Origin: Glaucostegus cemiculus
Taxonomy: Eukaryota
Assembly: GCA_976551045.1 (NCBI GenBank)
Contig: CDPCPM010000062.1
Location: 4,588,001-4,652,000, forward strand
Direction of reading: 5' to 3'
Length of the DNA: 64,000 bases
Shown here: positions 26,215 to 38,735 of the stretch, piece by piece
How the letters are laid out: each line of letters opens with the position of its first letter
Position numbering within the stretch: the stretch's first letter is position 1
Position numbers and translations under genes: made by a program
The notes under the pieces: generated by a model
What the model saw: the letters and a program-made list of their open reading frames with translations, nothing else
What the model was told of the DNA's origin: nothing
Databases searched by the model: none

Positions 26215-26400
26215 GCAGGAATGGTAGGTTTAAAGGCTGGCAATTACCGTTGCAATCTATTTAAATATTACCTAGACGGTCGTAATTTGTCTGGGCTATA
26301 TAGCAATGGTGCTGTAACGTTTGTCGGCTTTTGTTGAGTTTTATGACTTGCTAGTATATCTGGGTTGTTGCTGTCTTGGACGAGTGGTTTCAGTTGAGCG
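26215..26400 (+). promoter_or_regulatory. Conserved block 3' of HoxA10; likely promoter of the miR-196/HoxA9 long transcript
   Basis: TATA-like gctatatagc, TTTTATGA Cdx/Hox site and downstream donors gaag|gtgaga (~26563) and atag|gtaagg (~26614), about 0.8 kb upstream of the miRNA. Confidence 0.45.
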
Positions 26401-27208
26401 AACAGCCACGAAGACAGAGGAAGCAGAGCACCGCTCGGATGTAGGAAATTGATTTTCTTTGAACAAAATGCACACCAGATCTTTTAACCTGCAAAAATCT
26501 ACAGAGTTTGAAGAATCGAAAAATCCTAGCAGATAAGACATCTGGAAGCATTCACGAAGAAGGTGAGATCTGTATGAAGAGCGAAAACCATTATCCTATA
26601 TTTAACCCAATAGGTAAGGGATCATTTCTAACAAACTTGCTTCGTTAGTATATTTTGAATGTAATCAGCGGTGCTAACAAAGAAAGTTAAAGCTACTGTG
26701 TTGTTTATTTTCTTTGGGGAGGGGGGACGTGGGAGAAGAGAAAAAGGAAAATATATCTCTATTGACTGTGTCATCTGATTAGCTCTTTTCTTCGGACAAA
26801 CCTTGAACTCGTGATTATTGCAGTGCACACAAGTTGCAATGGCTTATCATTACTGGAATGAATGACATGCATTCAGATCGCGTGAAATCCTGCACAGTGA
26901 TAATAAAGAACCCCGCCATATTTAGTGGGGACTAACAAGTATTCTCGTGCTGAATTTGCAATTCAATTTATTCATTTGAATTGGAATTCGGCATTAAAAC
27001 CCCGAAAACCCCTCAAGTATTTGGAAAATAATTTCAGAGACAAACAGCTTTGCACGTTGAAGGAGTGCCTTTCGATTTTGGTAAATGCATGCAAGGTTTT
27101 GACGAGAAGCGCAATGATTGTGACCTCTATGTGAGTAAGCTTGTTGAATGTGCATTTAGATTGCCCCCCTACTCATGTACAGTGATAGGAATCTAAAGAA
27201 CTGAGATA

Positions 27209-27293
27209 GAACTGACCTGTGATTTAGGTAGTTTCATGTTGTTGGGGCTAAAGTCTAACTCTACAACACGAAACTGCCTGAATTACTGCAGTT
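27209..27293 (+). ncRNA. MIR196: miR-196 precursor (HoxA-cluster copy, positional ortholog of miR-196b); mature 27225-27246
   Basis: TAGGTAGTTTCATGTTGTTGGG is the mature sequence; the 3' arm ctacaacacgaaactgcctgaa pairs with it; located between Hox10 and Hox9 as expected. Confidence 0.97.
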
Positions 27294-30200
27294 ATCGTCA
27301 TCGCCAGTGAGTTCTTGTGCTGGTTTGGACAGAAACCGCAGATACTAAAGTAACCACGAAAAAGTAAAAGCTTTTGGTTTGATACGGCCAACCATAAAGT
27401 GGCACGTTCTGTAATAGGAATAAAACCGTGTAATAAAAGGACATGGTAGATAGTTATTCTACAAGTTTCCACCCTCCCCCTCCGAAATTAATGCAATGGT
27501 GTATTTGTTTTTAAAAAAAAGCACAAGTTAATCTTCTTTATTTTGCAAACTAACGCTGGATTGTGCTTTCCGAACAATGTGATGAATTGGGATTTCCTAA
27601 ATATAATATTTTATACGAGACTTGTTTATTTTTCCTAAGAAGGATCAAGTTCATGTTTAAATTAAATATGATCCATTTCGATTTCCTTCAGTATGTGTGC
27701 GCTGTCGAACCATTATTTGGAAGTGCCGGTGTTGGTCCGCTGTATTCTACTGCGGATTGCTGCAGTTACATACGTACGGCGGCGTAATCGATGCATTGCA
27801 GATTTCGATTTTGTTAGTGATAAATATCCCACAATGATATTAACATTGCCAAAAAGTCACATATTTGTTTGGTACGTTCTGTGCATGGCTCACGTTGTAA
27901 CTCGGGGAGAAAATCTGAAATAAAAAGGGTCCTTGCAGAATGATTTAGGATACGCGTTTTAAGCATATGTATTCTACCATGTGCAAGACAAAGAAATTAC
28001 TTGAAAGGCACAAGGCCTCGGTTATGATCATTACATGGCGCCTAGGCGCGTAATTTTGTTTTGTTCTTGGAAACAGCGACCTCGGCGGAGTGTAGTGGAA
28101 GCGCTGCTCCGTCGGTGGCTCATGCTCTGCAGAAACTAGACTAAACACAGAAAGCAGACTTGTCCCATTATATTGGGCTGTTTAGATGAGACAAACAGAA
28201 GCTTTAATCTAAGCTAAGCAAGTAAACAAGCACAATGGTACTTTATTTTGTTGGCCTAGTTAATTGAACATTCATTAGAATTAAACTATTTAAAATGGAC
28301 GTTTCAATGTCATTATGCAAAATAAGGATCATAAGTAGGTAGCTTCTTGCCCTATTTTATAAATACAGAATTAAATTCATTGTATATAACACGCATATTT
28401 GGTGATTGTTCCGTGGTAAAATAAGCAGAATAAATTAATCGAGAAAAAGTGGAACTTGCACATTGTACAAAGGAAATGTATTTATACTCAATTTTCCATA
28501 TGTTTGTGTAAACGATTTGAAATTAGTTTTGCAAGTAACCTACTGATACTTGATTCAAATATGTCTAAAGACTCGTCTGCGGTATTAGATTGTATCATCC
28601 AGCATGTTGGATGTTACGTATAGCAGAAATATTTATCTTGATTATTTTCTCAGTTAAATATAAAAGATCTTCCGAAAAAAAGTACTTTGTTATTCCACAG
28701 CAGGTTCATATTCTCCCGATGCCGCTGTGCCACCTTAAACTATCGTCGGCATGGTTTATTGACCCACGAAGGAAGTCAAGTTTGTACTGGTCAAAACATC
28801 CTTTCTGGTAACTGCCGGGCCCTCTTTAAAACGCTCTGCAACTCGGCCCTTTGACTGAACGCATTCCCTTTCATTTGTCTGTATTCTATAGTCTAAATAC
28901 TTTGCTAAGAAGTTGGAGATGTTTCTTTAATTATTATGTATCCGAATAAATATCGAATGGTGTTTTATATCAGCAATATTATTAATACTTTTTACCAATG
29001 TAATGTCCTTCATTCATGACTTATCTGACAAATCTAATAGTACAAAATTATTTTATGTTTGAAAATCATTCTGGTTACACCCTGAATTGTAATATTTGTG
29101 CGTTGATTGCAATCATCTCCGAGGGTGATATGATTTATAATCTTATAAAAAGGGAAACAGCGACAGTTCTGTCCTTCCTTTCATTAACGTTAAATAAAAA
29201 GTTCGCTTTCCTGTTTTTCCAAGGAAAGACCGGTACATGCAGTTCATCTTTACCGTTCTAAATTGGGTATTTAATTACGGATTGCCGCGAATGAACTAAA
29301 ATGTGATTCAATTATTCGTAAACACGCAACACCCCAATATAATGTTTGGTTTCTCGGATTATAATCAGATATGACTTGTCTGCAGCTAAACACGAGTGTT
29401 TAGTTGTGAAGCGATTAGACCAATTTTGATTCCTCCCGTATGTAGACATCTCCAGGCTTCAAATCATGTAGTTTGTATGTGGTTTGAATCTTTGTCAAAT
29501 TATTTTGCTAACAGCAAATTAGACACAAAACCGATGAAAGATCTTTGTCGTCCTCACGCACTGTGTCTCTACAAATTGGGCTCTGAAATTTCACACAGAT
29601 GTTATCTGAACGGAAATAAAGGCGTCAGCGTTATTTTAAAAGATAACGCCGAAAAGCCAAAAGAAATTCCACATTTATTGGCTGTGTCAACCTTAACATT
29701 TTATCAGTTAGGTTTATTCCAGTTGTGCCAAATACTTCAGGCTACAAGGTGTATTCAATGAATGTCCCATTTGTCCGGGTAATTCCATAAAGCATTGAAA
29801 TAATTTTTGAGAAAGCATCGGTATAATACTTTTGACAGAACTTTCATTGCTATAATGTATGCACGAATAAAGAGGTGCTACTTATTTGCAACAAACGCAA
29901 TTCCAAGGAAAAACAGCATATCAGACCAAATCAACACTGCACGAAAAGGGCTTTATCCTTGATCCACTCGCCTTGTTGTACAATGAGATATGATAGATCC
30001 CTCTATCAAATATATATTAAACTTGGGGTGGATTGATGCATTGCTGCATCCCTCTGTGTTGTTGAATACTCTGCATCGATGCTGCATTGTGACAATTTAT
30101 TGGAGAACTTTAGCATCCAAGAACGGTAAGGTATTTTCTCTCTCATTCTACTGTTCTTTTTTTTAAATATCCTGGCTTGAGAGCTGCATCTTGCAAATAA

Positions 30201-32839
30201 CATATGAGCTTCCCGTATTGAACGCCTGAACAAAAGTCGAAACTGAAAATCTAAACCGGACACAACATCAAAATTCGTAACTATATTTTTTGGTGAGGGT
30301 GGGGGAATGGATTAGGCATGGGGGGGGGGTGGAATTAAGTTATCATTACACTACTGGTAACGAATTCAACTATATCGTTTAAAATCAAGCATTTCATACA
30401 AACTATAAATCTTTAGGATCACAGCTAGACGCGGCACATTCCAACTTTTGTTTTAATGGTTAGTCGTTTTTATAAATCTCCTTGAAGAAGAAAAAAAACC
30501 TTAATTTTAATGAGATGAACGGCTCTTTTTAGCGAGGTGCGGATTCAGGGCCCCGTGGCTTCACTTTATATTTATGTAAAAAAATCAACATTTGAATCCC
30601 AATTTCAGACCAGCTGCACAGGAAACGCAAAACGTCTTTTTTTTTCGCCCTGAGGCTTCAACACTGGACTTGAATGGTTCTTGATTCTGCTCTAGACCTG
30701 ATCACTCCACCAGTTTCACTGTAACATTGCGCTGACCAGATACTCATGCCCGCACGCCAGCGACGGCTCAGGCGCCCCAACATCTCCCCCCCCCACATCA
30801 CCACCACCGCCAACAGCCACAACAACTCACACTTTAGTCCTCCCCCCCTTCCACCGCACCACCCACCATACCACCCAGAAAAACTCTCCTTCCCGGCTCA
30901 CTCTCCCAAATGGTGCAGAGTCAAAGGAGTGTGGAGAAGAAAATATGATTATTCAGAATTTTATTTTTGAAATAAACCCCGGGAGAAAGGACGCTGCATT
31001 TCAGATATATGCAACCTTTGTGCACTCAGCCGATGGTTGTGGGGTTGAGGGCAGCAGTGTTAAGGAGGGTCTATGTGGGAGCAAGATTCTCACCACAACA
31101 GCGACAGCACGTTGGCTTAAAGTGGCATCTGATAATTGCCTTTGTTTCATCACTATTTCTGTGTTATCAGATTGAACGCAACAGTTCAAGTACTTCACTT
31201 TAATTGCGGAGAAAGACGTTGAATTTTTACGTTGTTGCTACTGTCGAGGTACACCGAGAGATTTTTTTTTCTTCCAACTTCATTTTATGCAGCAGATTTA
31301 ATTTTTTTCCACACATATAGTTGGTCGAATAGCCGCAAACGAAGATAAAATTAGAACTCAAACAATAAGGCTCAGTTGCGAAGCGACAGCTTCAGCGGCC
31401 AAATCTAATTACTTGGCCTGAAAGGTCCAAGGGTATTTTTTAAAAATAAAACAAAACTGGGCTCGGTGCCAGTCATTTAGAATAACTGTTATTAATTCTT
31501 TCACAGATTCCGAGATGCTGCTTACGGACAAATATATTTTAAAGGGTGTCCCATTGAGACACAGAAAAACATTACCATTTTAGTCTGCGAATCTAGTGCA
31601 GGGAAGCCAAATAAACAAACACGTTGACATCTGATCATTAGGCACAAAATAAAATATTTCTCATTGGAATAGCAACGATAAGTTATTCTACGCGAAAATA
31701 ATTATAGCAACGACTGCCACTGATTACGAAATATTTCCGAAGTTGTTTCATCGATTTTATATTAAATATAATTACACGTTTATTTACTTAAAAACTGGAC
31801 CAGGCCACGATACCGCCCTGCTGAAATATCCCTTATATTAATTATAATATTGTTAAGTAAAACCATCCTTGAGACGTACATATTCACACATATAAAACAT
31901 AACGATAGAACGTGTGTGCGTGAGGAAGAGAGAGGAGGGGATAAGGTTAGGCCCAGTTAAGGTTTTAAGCACAGTACTTCGTTGTAATATTTAATATGCC
32001 GAGAAAACAGAAAAAGGTAGTAAATGAAGCCATCAATACGGATGCTGGCGAAATCCAAGGAATTAGGCCTCTTACGTTCTCTGTTTACTATATTTCTAAC
32101 GGTTTGCTTTTATTTGCCATTGAAAGGAATCTATCTTAAGCATATAAGAGATGAGATTTCCAAATACCGTCAGTGAAGGAAAGCTTTGCAATTTACGCCC
32201 GGACAATCCGCCAGAGAATGAATGGAAGAGAATGTCCACGAATCCGAAGAGCAAGATGTGGGAACTACTGGATTTCCGAACAAATTAATATCATCCGTAC
32301 ATCTGCATCTGTCAACCAAAATAGCACGTTGAATGCGGAAGTCGTAATTAATTATGGTTTATTGTAGGTAAAGAGTCGTTTTGCAACGGCTATAGTTTGC
32401 TAACATGTAGTTTTATTGCTGAAACTGTTATAAAACGGAGATTGACACAGTGGGTTTAATGTGCGTCTCGTTTTTAACACGAGAGATGCCTAGCAGCTGC
32501 AGGTACTCTCGCCTCTTCTCAGAGGTAGCCTTTAAAACTTCGTTAACGATTTTTATTTGCTAAAAATGTATTTGAATTTTAGGGTTTTGTTTTTACAAAA
32601 GCATGAATAATAAATACCTTCCCGGTCTCACTCTTGGTTGTTTTTTTTTTGCAGTTTATAGTTTCACTCTTTCCATAATGTTTTATGAGAAGGTTAACGA
32701 TTATAAGGTGTTCGTTAAAAAAAAACGAGCATCTGATGGGAAGATTGATTATGATATAAAGTAGTCCCCTAAGAAAAGAAATTCAACCGAATATATTCTT
32801 GCATTTCAGTAGGCAGAAGGAAACCGGCGTCTTTATATA

Positions 32840-33099
32840 GGACTGATTATATCCCGTTGCATAAAAAAACATATGGAGTTGCTATATAAAATTATGACTA
32901 TAAAAGATTGACCCCGCTGCAAGCTTGCGGATTGATTTATATTTTATTGTTGTTTTTTGAATCACGTGGGTGATTTATCCAATGGCGTGGAAGTGCGCCT
33001 GCACCATATTAGCGGACTGTACTTGTCCCGGCGGTAAGTTGTTATATTGAAATCTGCTCTTTCATATTTTCAGAGGCGCTTGCTGTGTCATTGCCGAGA
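32840..33099 (+). promoter_or_regulatory. HoxA9 promoter / leader
   Basis: Clustered ATAAAA/TTATGA sites, TGATTTAT Pbx-Hox motifs, CACGTG E-box and CCAAT; an acceptor-like catattttcag ends at ~33073. Confidence 0.6.
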
Positions 33100-33640
33100 A
33101 TGTCGACATCGGGGACTATCAGCAATTATTATGTCGACTCCCTTATAATGCATGAGAACGAGGATCTGCTGTCGTCCAGATATGCGTCGGGTCCTCTGGC
33201 TCAGTCCTCCAGGCAGGCAGCCCTCGCTGAGCACCCCGATTTTTCCCCATGTAACTTCCAGTCTAAAGCGACCGTGTTCAGCACGTCCTGGAACCCGGTG
33301 CATGCTCAGAGTTCTGCCAACATGCCCGCTGTTTATCACCCGTACATGCACCAGGCACCTATAGCCGCCACGCCTGATGGTAGGTACATGCGCTCCTGGC
33401 TAGATCCTATGCCGGGGACCCTGTCCTTTCCCGGGTTACCTTCCAGTAGACACTACGGCATCAAACCTGAGCCTGCGGCTGCCCGCAGGAATGACTGCAC
33501 TACGTTTGAAACACACACGTTAGCCCTCTCAGAATACTCTTGTGGAGCATCTCCTGGTGATAAACGTCTGGCCGAGATTTCCTTTTCTGACAATAATGGA
33601 GAGGTTGAGTCAAACGCAGATAAGCTCCACATGGATCCAA
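33100..33640 (+). CDS. HOXA9: HoxA9 exon 1
   Basis: MSTSGTISNYYVDSLI, FSPCNFQSKATVF, DGRYMRSWL and RHYGIKPEP motifs; donor CCAA|gtaagt at 33641. Confidence 0.96.
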
Positions 33641-34305
33641 GTAAGTATGGAAATCTCACACCTTTTTTAATTTTACTTTTCTATCTACGGATTATAAATT
33701 GGAACCTTTTTATATACCGGATTTATTCATTACGTAGAGAAATTTTTAAAAATCCACCTATTTGTTTCCTATTATCCGTTGTGTGTATGTGTGTATGTGT
33801 GTGTGTGCATGTATGGATTAAAGGTCTTTGATGAAGGTTTACATTGTACATTTTAGGCATTGCCAAGAACAGAAACCGTGTATTTACTGAACTAACATGC
33901 ATTCGTTACAATAGAGGAAGGGGAAGATATTAATTACAGACTCCGTAATTCAAGTGCATCTGGTGCAAGTAAATGTGATGGAGATAAGTTCACTGGAAAG
34001 ATAAAATGCATGCAATACACAATGCAAACAAGCAACATTTTACTTTTCTTAACAAAGTCCCTCAATACTACACTTTTATCTCGTTTTTGAACTCTATTCA
34101 TAAACTCTATTCATTGAACAGCACCATGCGTGTCAGAGTTTCATAATCTTTATAAACATATGAATTTGCAGTAAATAGCTCCATGAGTCCAGAGTTCCCC
34201 ACCCTTATTTTTAATCTGTAAAGGTGTTTTGATTCTGAGAATATTACAATATTTGACCAACATGGGAAGGGAAATATAGTAAATGTGTTTCCTTTACACT
34301 TTCAG

Positions 34306-34547
34306 ATAACCCTTCCGCCAACTGGCTGCATGCAAGGTCTACCAGAAAAAAACGCTGCCCTTACACCAAACATCAGACATTGGAGCTGGAAAAGGAATTC
34401 TTGTTTAATATGTACCTCACAAGAGACCGCAGATACGAAGTGGCCAGGGTTCTCAATCTCACCGAACGGCAAGTTAAAATCTGGTTTCAGAACAGAAGAA
34501 TGAAGATGAAGAAAATTAATAAGGAACGACCGAAAGACGACCGGTGA
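34306..34547 (+). CDS. HOXA9: HoxA9 exon 2 (homeodomain); spliced protein 260 aa
   Basis: Acceptor ttcag|AT; [79 protein letters not shown]. Missed by the ORF track because this frame has no start codon. Confidence 0.97.
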
Positions 34548-37010
34548 CACGGATTAAAATATCTTGGAAGAGAAAAGGACTAATTCACAATTGCAATCGA
34601 AACAGACCCTGCTTAGAAAGACATTATGAACATTTTATCATGCCATTAGCACAAATTATTCCTTTGCCAGTTCTGGACTACACTTGGTGGAAAAGACTAA
34701 TACACTTGTTAGACGGGAACCAAAGAGGGAGACATCTACGGCAAGGTTAAGTCTGTGGCTACGGAATCTACCTTTACATGAAAACTACCTTCTCTTAATC
34801 CACCGCTATTCTATGCGGACAGTAATTCAGTAATACTGTATTAGTTTAATATTTACTTGTTTTACACGCAGCAAATGAGGCTGCCTATATACTTGAATCC
34901 TTGTGTCTGTTGTGATTATCTCTGTGACTGGGCCTCTGTGCTTGGGCGGTGTCTGAGTAAAGATCGTGTAAACAAACAAAAGAAAAATCTCAATTCAACT
35001 CAGGATGTTTAATATAAAACTAACAGGCTGTGTGTTGGATATGAAATGTTATTTTCGTGGTGAACTTGGGACATATATTGTATTATTTTCACTGTGAATT
35101 AACTTGTAAAAACGCCGGGCTTTATGCTGTCTTTGTGAGACTGAGTAACGGCCTTGCCTGGATGCATGACGACTGTGTTGTTCTTCAGCAAATATATGAA
35201 ACTGAATTGCATAGAATGCTAATATAAGTTTTATTTAAAAGAGCAGCGCTGAACATACTGCTACACGATACTATTGTCTATTGTGATGAAAGCACGAATA
35301 AAGTTCTCAAACACTTTGTATTTATCGGTGTTGTGGTGCAAAGAAAAGTATAAGATTTGGTTTAAAACTACCTATATGTATAACTAGTAACTACCTATGT
35401 TTTGTGTGTAAATGTCACTCTTAAAACTGTCTAGATGCATTTATGCGATGAAAAAAACAATATTGTCAATAAATGTAATGTGTACAATACAAGGAAAATA
35501 TCTGGGTGCAATAGAAAGAACACATACCATTAATGTGTTTTAAATGGGGTTTTCTTTGGACCTGCCGAGCTAACACATTTAAACTTGTGTACACGTTTGA
35601 AATGAATACCTCGTGTCATATTGACCAAACTATACTGTTTGTAATGAAATGTCATTTTATTTGTTGTCTAATAAAATATATGTTTCACTACATAAAACAT
35701 GTTTTCACTTCTTAGAATCCAGTGTATGGAGACGCATAGTACTCTGCCCCCGTCTATATTTCATCAAATCCCCCTTAATTTCAGAATTTTCGAAACTCGT
35801 CATACTCGCAGCATTTTCAAAATATCCACCAGTCTCTTTACGAATGCTTGAGATTTGAAACATTAGAATCAACCCCCAAACTTTACAACAGCTGGATAAT
35901 GAAGTAAAAAGAATATATATCAATTTCAAGAAAAGAATCCCGTTTACTACTAACATTTAGTCTCTAATGTCAACACACAGTTTTGTAAAATTTAGCGATA
36001 ACTTCAACAAAAGCTATTAGACTTCCTTCCAAAGTTCTGGCATTCAAAATCTAATCCAATGTTTGGGTCTCCTGAAATAAACATGGGATGTTCAGCTGGT
36101 AACTAAAACTAGAGCAGAGTTCGAGGTTTCTCCGAGAAAAGGAATCATAAACGGTGAGGTAGCAACTTTGTTTTGGAAGCGGATTTGATGACGCAGGGTC
36201 TGAATACATTCGAGCTTAACGCCCAGTTATCACCAATTAACCCGAGAGCCTGCAAAAGTGCACCAACAACTTGTATTTGTCGCTTGGCCATGCTCCCATG
36301 CGGCTGGCTATTTATAAGATTTGTTGTGGGTTACTTATGCAAGAAATGCAGTACTTTTACTCGAAGTGGAAATGGATAACCTTGATCCGGTTGCCTGTGT
36401 AAAATAAATCCAATGTTATTGGGATTTAATCATATTATAATGAAGTGAATAACTATATATATAAACAAAAAAATCAGCTTGGCACCCATTCTTGCCGCCA
36501 TTTCTTTAACAAATCAACACAAAAGAGTCGGAGCCTTTGAAAGCAAAGAAAGTTAAATTAGTCTTAAGCGTTTCACCACTAACAAAAAGTACACGGTTTG
36601 ACCATTTATGCAACTTCTTTTCTGACTGTAAGATCCCTAGTAACTTTTTTAAACCCCGAAGACAGTTTGGATGGATTTAGTGGAATTCAAATGATTTGGA
36701 ATTTGGACGGAAAGGCCCGAGTAGCTGCAAGTCTTGGCAGTGGCTGTCGTTAGTAAAATTCAGAGTGGTGTACCGCAATAAAAGAAAATGACTGCTGTAA
36801 GCGTTTATGGGGTGTAAAACGCTGGAGGTTAAGGGGCGAAGTACATAAACAGAACTCTGACGATCGAAGTATTCTTCGTGTCTAGAGCAAACACGCGAAT
36901 AGGGTTTACAGTAATTAAAATAAATTTTTATTATGATATTAAAACAGTTGGTAAATTGAAATTGCTTTATTTTATTTTTAAGTGTTCAGTCTGGAGGGTT
37001 ATAATGTTGC

Positions 37011-37026
37011 GACGCCCTCTGTTGTT
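37011..37026 (-). promoter_or_regulatory. Candidate CTCF motif (A9|A7 boundary)
   Basis: Reverse complement AACAACAGAGGGCGTC; the position corresponds to the known A7|A9 CTCF boundary interval. Confidence 0.5.
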
Positions 37027-37035
37027 GCATATGGA

Positions 37036-37195
37036 ACTTCAAAGACTAAACAGGGAGACTTGCAATAAAATAAAGGGTCTGGCAAGCCGTCTGGAATTCA
37101 GGTTTTAATGAGTTTACAACTGTCCAGCTACAATCAGTATTTTTCCAGGGAAGGCCATCCATTTGTTTTGTCTGGCTGCTTAGACAAAAGGGTCT
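37036..37195. promoter_or_regulatory. Early-enhancer-like block (TCF + Cdx sites) upstream of the HoxA8 relic / HoxA7
   Basis: acttcaaag (TCF/LEF), caataaaa (Cdx) and CTGGCAAGCCGTCTGG..ggttttaatgagtttac, which resembles the remembered Hoxc8 early-enhancer core. Confidence 0.5.
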
Positions 37196-38735
37196 GCGGA
37201 AATAACGACCTTTATTAGTCTCGTCTCTAACGTGGGCCCCTCACATATCTCTTTACCAATTTATTGCGTCTAGTGGAAAAATAACCGATATTTAGTTATT
37301 TTTAAGCCTGCTTTAAAAATGCTTGGTATTAAATTTGGTAGATCTAATAAAATACCTGAGTAAAATCGATAAAGTTATTAGATTCCACACAGTTAGAAAA
37401 AGCTTGCTGGGCATTCAAAGTCGGCGATTTCTTCGTAGCAAGATCGCTCTACGGCCAGAAGATGGCAGCATTAATCCACAAAAGAATTTAAATAGAGTGC
37501 CGCCAAGCTGCCAAAAAGTGCAATAACTACTATATGCTGGGATTTATTTATACAGTCGGCTGTAAATAGGATGAAAATATCTACGACAAATGACACTTGT
37601 AAAATCGGACTGTGGTCGATGGAATATATTCATTTTGAATCCATCAACTCATTTGTGAACAGATGAATTCCACTTCGTGCAGGGTCTCAAAAACCATTTG
37701 TACTTTAGTGTTTTATTTTTAATGTGCAATAAGACGATTTAAATTGATTATCTTCCACTCCATTCCTCAGTCTTACTGTGCTGTTTGCAATAATGGAGGG
37801 CGATTAAAAGTTACTTGAAAACGAATCTTTAATATCCGTACATAAAATGGTGCATATAAACTACGTGCATGAATACGTACGCTTATCCACGCAAATATAA
37901 CAGAAATGCATGTATTCAGACAGACACGCATGCAGTTACATGCATACGGTTGCATGTACATCGTTTATGGTGATTTTGTTTCCTTCAAAAATAGCAAGAG
38001 GAATCTAGATGAATGTAACACACAGAAGGAAAGCAAAATCTGTATGATAACCTATATATTTTGCAATTAGATTTCGTTGTTATAATATATTTAAAAAATC
38101 AACCCTAATACCAGAAAAAGTTCGTCCATTTATGAGCGTTTATGTGTGTGTATATATCTTCCCTTTATCTGTATAAAACGAGAGATTTCTGAAATATGAT
38201 TTTATTTTATATAAACGCAGAAAACTTGACAGAGCAAAGTTGATATTTCAGTGCAACAAAAGATTTAAATATAGATAATTATTAAATAAGGACATCGTGA
38301 AATGCCCCATAAATACAATTAGCTAAGCTTTAGAATTCTCATGAAATCATCAATAATTCAATTAAATTTGACAATGGTAACCAAAAAAGATGATTTAAGA
38401 GGACACACGTTTGTTTTTTTATATATACTGTCACCTACATAATATTTTATCGTTGGGTCAAACTGCGACGTTTAAGCATATAATTTTTAAAGGGCAGTCT
38501 CTATAGAAACTCCCCCATATTGGTCTTGGAATGAATGAAGGGGTGGTCGGCACCAAAGAAAGTCCATTTGTTACAAGAATCGGAATATTTGAATAAATTC
38601 ACCCAAGTTTATTTTGAAAGTCAAAATCGCGCAACTCCTTTATTGGTACCATATTTGTCTTTACCTTTTTTGGGGGAAAAAAGGGGTCTTTCACCACGAT
38701 GAAAAGTAGTGTATATGGATATAAAAGTTCGTCGA

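Noticed and set aside
30745-30910. C/A-rich tract giving a Pro/His-rich ORF
   Set aside because: Low-complexity sequence with no coding support.
37835-37962. Alternating purine-pyrimidine stretch (tacgtgcatg, gcatgc, tgtaca) suggesting a hairpin RNA
   Set aside because: It looks like a decayed microsatellite; I found no long clean stem or known miRNA.
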